A DNA stretch of 51,682 bases from a virus (taxonomy: Duplodnaviria; Caudoviricetes). Each line of letters starts with the position of its first letter. The first letter of the stretch is position 1. A program made the translations under genes and the position numbers. Positions 26,269-32,768 of the stretch are shown in pieces. The stretch spans positions 1 to 51,682 of the IMG/VR virus record IMGVR_UViG_3300020044_007591. One strand, 5' to 3'. The notes under the pieces are model-generated. The model searched no databases and was not told where the DNA came from. It saw only the letters and a list, made by a program, of their open reading frames with translations.

Positions 26269-27245
26269 TTTGTATAAACTCCGATTCCGGGGTTAATCTG
26301 GATCGGAGAACCGTCGTTATCGCCATCCCAAGCTCTTTGAACGGTCATTGCAGCGCGTTGCTCAAGAATTGGTATCAAATTCATATCAACCGCAGCAGTT
26401 TCGGACGCAACTTTCGCCGCTAAGCCGTTAACAATAGCCTCGATCCAACGCTGGGGGATCTCAACTTCTTGCTGAAGATTCTGCGTATCCATGATTTGAC
26501 GGTGGCGCCACACGATTAACTGTGCTTGTTCCGCAGCTAAGAATGGCGCAGGCCAAATGTTAACAACAGGTTCTGGAATATCGCGCTGGAACCAATAACT
26601 GTTAGGTCTGCCGGGGAAAACCTTGTTGCTTTGTTGAACGTACGCATCGCGGTTCAGGTTCCCAAGGGGAATTTCCTGCGGCATGTTGCCGAGGGTTATA
26701 ACCGAGTAATTTATTGCGCTTGCGGCAGTGATCCTGAAATATTGATACGCCAACGCGCCGGATATATCTGTCCACGTTATTTCGCCGGAAGAAGCAACAA
26801 CCGAGCTGGACCCTACCGTTACCCACACAGTGCCATTCGTGCTGACCTGAAATGTTAATGGTACTGAAGCGCCGGACCATTCTACGCCAACCGTGTTAAC
26901 GGTAGTTTGGCTTGTAAAATTAACGGTGTACGCCAATGAGGTCGATACCGTAGATCCAGTCACTGGCTGAATGGTTCTGTAGTTGAGATTTAATACCTCA
27001 ACGGTTCCGAGAGGAAGCGTTACAATCGGCTGATTCTCGTACATTGGCAAAATCAGCTTTTCAATACACCAGCTTGGTGTCTTTGTATTAGCCAACTCTG
27101 ACAGCATTAAGTACAGGGATTCAAGCGCGTAGGTTTGCATTTCAGCAGTTATGGCTTGAGCAGGCAAGCGGCAACGACGGAAAGCGTGATCAACCACTTT
27201 CAGTGCGTTAAATGTTGTGCCGCTAATGCTGCCAGAAAAAGCCAT
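26265..27245 (-). CDS. Head-tail adaptor with inserted beta-sandwich domain
   Basis: Helical N-terminus (AFRRC...ESL.LML.E.AN), GRP..YW.QR, IWP.P and P.RW..A...GLA; central FQVSTNG..W / YQYFRI insert. Confidence 0.65.
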   Translation of the reverse strand: MAFSGSISGTTFNALKVVDHAFRRCRLPAQAITAEMQTYALESLYLMLSELANTKTPSWCIEKLILPMYENQPIVTLPLGTVEVLNLNYRTIQPVTGSTVSTSLAYTVNFTSQTTVNTVGVEWSGASVPLTFQVSTNGTVWVTVGSSSVVASSGEITWTDISGALAYQYFRITAASAINYSVITLGNMPQEIPLGNLNRDAYVQQSNKVFPGRPNSYWFQRDIPEPVVNIWPAPFLAAEQAQLIVWRHRQIMDTQNLQQEVEIPQRWIEAIVNGLAAKVASETAAVDMNLIPILEQRAAMTVQRAWDGDNDGSPIQINPGIGVYTK

Positions 27246-27298
27246 ACCAGCTCCGCCTATTTCTCGGATGGCCGCTGGTCCAGCACGCCCGTTGAGGT

Positions 27299-27327
27299 AT
27301 TATAGTTCAAGAAGTTAAAGAAGGCAA
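27299..27327 (-). promoter_or_regulatory. Sigma70-type promoter for the adaptor/fibre block
   Basis: Minus strand TTGCCT-17 nt-TATAAT. Confidence 0.75.
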
Positions 27328-27328
27328 T

Positions 27329-27931
27329 TTACTTCTTGCCCATGGTCATGCCACCTTTTTTCATCATCTTGCTGTCAGGCATCATTTTACCATCAGGCAT
27401 TTTATGCATACCGACTTTGCCGCCCTTCTTATAAGGCACATTGCCGGTCTTTGTAGCCATAGTAGGCTTGCCGTTCATCTCACCGGGGTTCTTATTGCCC
27501 TTGATGCCCAAGGTGCCTTCAGGCTTCAGCATACCCTTGCCGCCCTCTACAAAACCGCCCTTTTTCATAGCGCTAGGCTGAATCATAGGAGCCATAGGCG
27601 CCACAGGCATAGCGCGGCGCATGGGGGCCTTAACCATGCGGCTTTGCATGATCTCGTCTTTCTTCATGCTAGGCGTTTCCATCGACTCATGTTTCATCAT
27701 GGCGCGGCGGCTGGGATATTTCTCGCCAGTAGCAGGCTCTTTCATGCCGCCCTTGGCGTAATACCCACCGCTAGCCATCTTGGTCATTTTCTGCCCGACC
27801 AGAGACTTTTCAACAGCCTTAGATTTGGCCATCTGAACGTCCTGACCAGCCTTTGCAGACCCGCCATAGCTGTAGTTGCAAGGCTTTGCACTAAAGTCAA
27901 AATCTTTGACATACATTGGACCTTTTGCCAT
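27329..27931 (-). CDS. Met/Lys-rich basic low-complexity protein with seven xxxGG motifs
   Basis: ATG 27931 (MAKGPMY) after AAGGGGA; contains YSYGG, MASGG, YAKGG, MKKGG, FVEGG, YKKGG, MKKGG. Confidence 0.7.
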   Translation of the reverse strand: MAKGPMYVKDFDFSAKPCNYSYGGSAKAGQDVQMAKSKAVEKSLVGQKMTKMASGGYYAKGGMKEPATGEKYPSRRAMMKHESMETPSMKKDEIMQSRMVKAPMRRAMPVAPMAPMIQPSAMKKGGFVEGGKGMLKPEGTLGIKGNKNPGEMNGKPTMATKTGNVPYKKGGKVGMHKMPDGKMMPDSKMMKKGGMTMGKK

Positions 27932-27942
27932 TTCCCGTCCCC

Positions 27943-28353
27943 TTAAGCCGTTGCGTAGGTTTTGATGCACTCGATGACGATAGTATACATATCGCCAGAT
28001 GATGCGTCAGATGTCGTGAAGGCCACATTTCCTGTTTTCCCCGCGCCAGCGTTGTTGGTCAACCCGCCAAAGTCAGAGAAATCCATGGAATAACTTACGT
28101 TCTGCGGGATCATCCACGTAAGCAAGTCAGTTGTCGCATCCCAGAGAATGCGGACCTCCATGCCATGGGTGTTAGCCCAGATCCGATTGATCTTTACGCC
28201 ATTACATGCAAAACCTGCGGCACTAGCTGCAAGACCGGAAACAATTATCTTATTGACAGCGGTTTCGCCCGTTCCATCAGAAATGTTCGTGAATTTCTGA
28301 ATGACAAGACGCTCACCGTCGAGCAGCGTCTGTGTGGCTACAGCATCAGCCAT
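27943..28353 (-). CDS. Virion structural protein
   Basis: 136 aa, MADAV..Q...DG.......TN.SDGTGE; AGGAGG RBS; downstream of the capsid gene. Confidence 0.65.
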   Translation of the reverse strand: MADAVATQTLLDGERLVIQKFTNISDGTGETAVNKIIVSGLAASAAGFACNGVKINRIWANTHGMEVRILWDATTDLLTWMIPQNVSYSMDFSDFGGLTNNAGAGKTGNVAFTTSDASSGDMYTIVIECIKTYATA

Positions 28354-28365
28354 GTCTACCTCCTG

Positions 28366-28390
28366 TGAAAATGAGGGCCGAAGCCCCCAT
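28366..28390 (-). terminator. UUCG hairpin / weak terminator
   Basis: Minus strand ATGGGGGC-TTCG-GCCCTCAT-TTTC. Confidence 0.55.
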
Positions 28391-28394
28391 TAAA

Positions 28395-28790
28395 TTAAGC
28401 AATCGTCACGCCGCGAGAGCCGACAACCGCCCAACCAGTGGCAGTGTAGATCATGTAGACAGCATCTCCGACAGCCGTGAACGTGATGGTGGAGTACCCA
28501 ATCTTCGTCGTCGGAGTCAAAACGGCGCTACCGCCATCAACCGTATGAACGATGATCTTGACCTGTCCAGCGGTGCCATTGGCAAGCGTCAAAGCCTGCG
28601 AAGCGCCCGTCGTGGTCAACTGCGTGAGCATATCTGTGATGTTTACAGCGCCCGCACCAGAGAGGCTCTGGCTGGTGGCAAACACATCGCCAGTAAGATT
28701 GCCGGTCACATTGCCGGTGATGTTGCCAGTCACGGCACCAATGAAGCCGTTGGTCGAGGTAACTGGACCAGAAAAAGTAGTAGAAGCCAT
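28395..28790 (-). CDS. Head decoration / head fibre protein
   Basis: MASTTFSGPV.S.NGF start and GN(I/V/L)TG repeats; follows the capsid gene. Confidence 0.6.
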   Translation of the reverse strand: MASTTFSGPVTSTNGFIGAVTGNITGNVTGNLTGDVFATSQSLSGAGAVNITDMLTQLTTTGASQALTLANGTAGQVKIIVHTVDGGSAVLTPTTKIGYSTITFTAVGDAVYMIYTATGWAVVGSRGVTIA

Positions 28791-28797
28791 TTTTAGA

Positions 28798-28873
28798 TCC
28801 TCACATGCGAGTTAAGCGCATCAGTCTGCATGTCGTCAGCCGGAACTGTCTAATACGCTGAATAAAATCCGGT
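28798..28873 (-). ncRNA. Pseudoknotted structured RNA downstream of the capsid gene (candidate Mu-gpT-DE-like motif)
   Basis: Three interleaved helices: 28868-72/28840-44, 28850-59/28815-24 and 28828-33/28803-08. Confidence 0.6.
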
Positions 28874-28877
28874 ATTT

Positions 28878-28920
28878 ATATTCCCCGCCCATAGGGGGAC
28901 AGACTACAGGCGGGGAACAG
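28878..28920 (-). other. Long GC-rich hairpin immediately after the capsid stop codon
   Basis: TTCCCCGCC (28881-89) pairs with GGCGGGGAA (28909-17) and extends with G-U pairs; no strong U-tract. Confidence 0.6.
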
Positions 28921-28924
28921 TTAA

Positions 28925-29839
28925 TTAGACGCCGGGTGTGCCGAAGAGGCCACGAGGATCAGTCCAACCAACGGTGTAACGCTCGGTTGCCTTGTAGCGC
29001 ATGGAGTCGGTTTCGAAATCGCCTTCCATGCTCTTTTCAAGACCACGACGCATCAAGAGCTTCATGCCTTCTGGCGCATCAGTCTGCACCCACCAAGCGG
29101 TGGTTGAGGTGATACGAGAAAGGTTAGCTTGACCCTTAGCCAACAGGCCCATCGACTTGATCGGGTTGATGTCGTTGTCAGCTGTGCCAGTACGAAGAAC
29201 GCTCTTCAGCAGAACTTCGGCTTGGAACACGTTTGACGGACCTGACACGATCTGAGTCGGGTTCAGACGGATACGCTTGCCGTTGTTGTCAACAGCGTTG
29301 CGGATCTGAACCAGCATCTGCTCAAGCGATGTCTGAGACAATGCAGCAGCAGTTGCGAGCTGGTTGCTGAAAGTGCCGCTGACAATCGGGTGGTTCGTAG
29401 CAATCAGAGACACGCCGTCACCGCCGACATACGAGCTATTAAAAGCACGATTTAGGACGTTAGCGGAGAGAGTCTCCTTTGTTTCGATCAGCGACTGAGC
29501 CAAGTGCTTGGCATAGGTCTGGCCGATACGAATGTGATCGCCGTCCTCAACGAGAACTTTGGTCAGCGCGAAGGCAAGACCATAGACCTTGTAGAGGTAA
29601 CGCTGCAAGAACAGCACGCCGCCGGACTGGTAGCTGACTGCCATGCCATCGGGGAGTTCCGGCGCAGCACCAAAGCCGTACAAGACGGGCTCTTCATGGT
29701 AATTGCGGGGAATGCCCTTCTGCTCACGGAAGACCATCTTCCATTCATCAGAACGCTGATCATAAACACCATCAAAAACTTCGTTCAGGATGGGCTCAAC
29801 TACCGACCGGAAGTCGGTACTACGCATAGGAGTAGCCAT
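28925..29839 (-). CDS. Major capsid protein (Mu gpT-like, HK97 fold)
   Basis: 304 aa; GFG.A....G, ED......Y...LA.S...TKE..A.VLN.AF, GGDG..L....HP and ERY..GW.DPR...G motifs. Confidence 0.85.
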   Translation of the reverse strand: MATPMRSTDFRSVVEPILNEVFDGVYDQRSDEWKMVFREQKGIPRNYHEEPVLYGFGAAPELPDGMAVSYQSGGVLFLQRYLYKVYGLAFALTKVLVEDGDHIRIGQTYAKHLAQSLIETKETLSANVLNRAFNSSYVGGDGVSLIATNHPIVSGTFSNQLATAAALSQTSLEQMLVQIRNAVDNNGKRIRLNPTQIVSGPSNVFQAEVLLKSVLRTGTADNDINPIKSMGLLAKGQANLSRITSTTAWWVQTDAPEGMKLLMRRGLEKSMEGDFETDSMRYKATERYTVGWTDPRGLFGTPGV

Positions 29840-29853
29840 AGTCTAAGCCTCCC

Positions 29854-30462
29854 TTAAACAGAGTTGACGGCTGCTTTGTAATGGTGCTCGTTAATACGAA
29901 CGGTAACCACAACATAAGCATCGGTGAGGGAATCAGTGACGTTGTACTGGAACCCAGTAATCTGGAACTGACCAGATGTAGCTTGGATAGCAGTCAAGTA
30001 CGAGTTTGACAGGCCTGTCGAGGTGGAACCACCGGGAGAAGCAACTGTCCAATCGCACTCTTCGCCCACAGCAGACTGCACTGAATCAGTGCCGGGAGTG
30101 CCGGGGTTGTTGTACTGAACGTCAAACAACGTTTCCGGATCATCATAGACCCAGATTGTTGCGCCTTCACTGTTGTAAGTGGAGGTGCCGCCAGTCCAGA
30201 AGGGTGAAATTGTGGGCTTGCCGGTAGAATCGCGATATTCGACACCAGCCATGATGCCGAGCAAAGAAACTCCATCGACAGTGCCCGAACGGGTACCGTC
30301 AGAAGTGCCGAGCTGGACAGTACCAGCATCGACAAGTTTTACAGGATCGCCAGAGAAAATGCTTGTCGCATATGTGCTGGCGATTACGTAGGCTTTCGGA
30401 CGCATTTGACCACTGTTGTGGAAAGACGCCCGGAAGCCAAAAGGTGCGCTAGTCGAAGACAT
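29854..30462 (-). CDS. Capsid-associated (cement/decoration) protein
   Basis: APFG.R, IF.GD.V, V.DDP...F and G...TG.S motifs; directly upstream of the capsid gene. Confidence 0.6.
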   Translation of the reverse strand: MSSTSAPFGFRASFHNSGQMRPKAYVIASTYATSIFSGDPVKLVDAGTVQLGTSDGTRSGTVDGVSLLGIMAGVEYRDSTGKPTISPFWTGGTSTYNSEGATIWVYDDPETLFDVQYNNPGTPGTDSVQSAVGEECDWTVASPGGSTSTGLSNSYLTAIQATSGQFQITGFQYNVTDSLTDAYVVVTVRINEHHYKAAVNSV

Positions 30463-30489
30463 AGTGGCTCCTAGTGGATTGAGGGGTGA

Positions 30490-31020
30490 TTAGGAAAGAT
30501 CAAACTGAGCTTCCCTACGTTGCCCAATCTCCATATTGCCATCGCCCATTGTTAACCGCGACTTTGAAGATTTAGCCTGCTGCTCAAGAAACTCTGCGGT
30601 GTCGGTAAGTTTTTCTTCCTCACGCAAAGGCGCATCGTGATGCGCTTCTGTCATATATCTCTCGTAAAGAGAGATTGGCAGCTTGAATGCAAGCATTTCA
30701 TTCACCCCAATAAGGCCCTGCCAATCACCTGTTTTCAGGGTGGCATATTCCCAGCCGGGAACGTCTTCCGGCTTCACTGGCTCATAGCCCAAACGAATCC
30801 TCGTCTGGATGGAATCACGGGGGTTAGTCGTGGTCAGCCAGCACATGTGCCAGCCGGGTATCTTAGGCAAGTCCGGTAAACTGGACTGGAAAAATTGTTG
30901 ACGGAACATTGCAACTCGCTCATCGTCAGAAATCTCGCGATTTTCTGTTACAGCGCGATCTTTCATCGCACGGTTTTCGCGTTCTACGCCTGCAAGTTTT
31001 TTAAAGCGTTCGTCGTTCAT
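30490..31020 (-). CDS. Conserved head-region protein
   Basis: LP..P..PG....W.......R...GYEPV pattern between scaffold and capsid genes. Confidence 0.65.
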   Translation of the reverse strand: MNDERFKKLAGVERENRAMKDRAVTENREISDDERVAMFRQQFFQSSLPDLPKIPGWHMCWLTTTNPRDSIQTRIRLGYEPVKPEDVPGWEYATLKTGDWQGLIGVNEMLAFKLPISLYERYMTEAHHDAPLREEEKLTDTAEFLEQQAKSSKSRLTMGDGNMEIGQRREAQFDLS

Positions 31021-31048
31021 ATCTCGCTCCCTTCAGCGATTAGAATTA

Positions 31049-31077
31049 GGTATATGATAATTTAAGGTAAAACACAA
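31049..31077 (-). promoter_or_regulatory. Possible promoter for the capsid genes
   Basis: Minus strand TTGTGT-17 nt-TATACC in an AT-rich intergenic gap. Confidence 0.4.
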
Positions 31078-31083
31078 GATGCG

Positions 31084-32004
31084 TTATGTCCGGTTGTTTT
31101 TATCGTATTCAGCGTATCGTCTGGCGTACTTTTCCCGCAAGACGGGGTCATCCCAAACGCCAGCATCAATTAGCGCCTGTTTACGCTTGTCGTTTATAAA
31201 GAACTCTTTATGAGTATTTGCTGAGCTATTATCCCTGCCGGAGCTTATGGTTGGCCCACCCCTAGGCGAACGCGCAGGGGGAGCCGGTTCTTTGCCAAAC
31301 CGCTCAGGCAAGCGCCTTGCGGATCGTGTGCGCAGCTCGTCCCAATACTCTTCAGTATGGGGATTGTAACCGTCCTTTGACAGTGCGTTATCAATCGCAA
31401 GCACGATAGCCGACTCTTCATCACGCCCTTGGGCATCGTACCAAGGGTTCTCCTTGATAAACTCCCTAGCGTGTTGCAACGCCATATCGTCAAGCGCCGG
31501 TTGGGGGGCTGGGCGATTCTGAGCGTTTTGTTTTTCAAAGGCAAGCTGCTGTGCCTTAGCCATAGCCTGATCGCGGTAGCGCATAGCCTGAGTAACGTCA
31601 GAACCATTACCAGATTCAATGGCTTTGGCTATAACGCGCTCGGCTAATTCAGCTTCCTGCCGAGCCTTAACAATCTGATTATCTATCCCGTTAAGATCAG
31701 ATTGAAATGCTCGCTGTTCTTGGGCATATATACGGCGCTCAAGATCGTCATTGCGTTTACGCAAAAAGTCTAATTCGACCTTGTCGCGGGTAATAGCCTT
31801 CCCCCGCCGCTCTTTGCGGTCTTGCTTTTCCTGCCGTCGGCGCTCTCGGATTGCTTCGCGCTCATCATCGTTATTGTCAGATCGGGCTGAAACACGCTCG
31901 TCATCAGCATTATCATCTTCGGAATCTGGTTCTTCCTCGATGATTACCAATTTTTCTTTATCATTGTCTTTTACATCGTCGTCTTCTTTTAATACGTCAG
32001 CCAT
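31084..32004 (-). CDS. Scaffolding-like protein
   Basis: 306 aa; acidic N-terminus, coiled coil, ENPWY and EEYWDEL; upstream of the capsid gene. Confidence 0.65.
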   Translation of the reverse strand: MADVLKEDDDVKDNDKEKLVIIEEEPDSEDDNADDERVSARSDNNDDEREAIRERRRQEKQDRKERRGKAITRDKVELDFLRKRNDDLERRIYAQEQRAFQSDLNGIDNQIVKARQEAELAERVIAKAIESGNGSDVTQAMRYRDQAMAKAQQLAFEKQNAQNRPAPQPALDDMALQHAREFIKENPWYDAQGRDEESAIVLAIDNALSKDGYNPHTEEYWDELRTRSARRLPERFGKEPAPPARSPRGGPTISSGRDNSSANTHKEFFINDKRKQALIDAGVWDDPVLREKYARRYAEYDKNNRT

Positions 32005-32017
32005 CTCTCATCTCCCT

Positions 32018-32431
32018 TCAGATGAATGCTTTAACCACAAGTGGATTGCCTGTTACGTCACCAAGAACATCTAAGTCATTGAAAATAACAAACATTGCCT
32101 TTTCGCCATCGTCGCCAAAAGCAACTTCCCAACGGTCGCCGCCGTATTTGGCAACCCTAATGAAATCGCCGGGCTTGCACCAAGCGCCTTCTGGCCATGG
32201 CTCCATTGTGGTTCTATTTTTAAACGCCAGCGGACCTACTGTGATCACCTTAGCAACCTGAGTGTTCCACTTTTCTGTATCGCGGGTGTCCTCAACGATT
32301 AAGATTCCGCCCCTCGATTTCTTTCTTGGTGTTCGAATCTGTACCAGAACGCGGCTACCAAAAGGCCGAACGCCAGCATCTACTGCTGGAAAGGCCTCTA
32401 CCAATGCGTCCTCAGAGATCTTTCTCTCCAT
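32018..32431 (-). CDS. GroES-like co-chaperonin
   Basis: RP.G.RVLV......S.GGI.........A.V..VGP....K.GD.....YGG.......ND.DVLG. Confidence 0.8.
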   Translation of the reverse strand: MERKISEDALVEAFPAVDAGVRPFGSRVLVQIRTPRKKSRGGILIVEDTRDTEKWNTQVAKVITVGPLAFKNRTTMEPWPEGAWCKPGDFIRVAKYGGDRWEVAFGDDGEKAMFVIFNDLDVLGDVTGNPLVVKAFI

Positions 32432-32609
32432 ATTTGTCCTCACTTATAAGACTAAGAAGTACGTTAATTGCTGCCTCGTAACCCTCTACGATGCCCACAC
32501 GATACCCGTACTCGAAAGCATCGCGGTTCTGAGGCCGCTTCAAAGCCTCAAGAGCGAACTCTTGTTGGGCGGCTTTGAGGCGAACCAGAAGTTGTGTTTC
32601 AAAGTTCAT
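32412..32609 (-). CDS. Small helical protein after the portal gene
   Basis: 65 aa; EY...VG...G motif; overlaps both neighbours. Confidence 0.65.
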   Translation of the reverse strand: MNFETQLLVRLKAAQQEFALEALKRPQNRDAFEYGYRVGIVEGYEAAINVLLSLISEDKYGEKDL

Positions 32610-32752
32610 GCGTTAGTCTTTGACTCTTTTCCAGTTTTAGGCGCCGGAGGAAGCGTCTGGCCGTTAACTGGCAGGCCAGCGGCGAGGCGATGCTTCTGCT
32701 TTACAGCGGCATCATTGAGCGAGACGGTTCCTGTTGTGGGCTTATCGTTCAT
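32606..32752 (-). CDS. Small protein (48 aa, not in ORF track)
   Basis: AGGAG RBS; MNDKPTTGTVSLNDAAVKQKHRLAAGLPVNGQTLPPAPKTGKESKTNA; ATGA overlap with the next gene. Confidence 0.6.
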   Translation of the reverse strand: MNDKPTTGTVSLNDAAVKQKHRLAAGLPVNGQTLPPAPKTGKESKTNA

Positions 32753-32768
32753 TGTGTTCTCCTATTTA

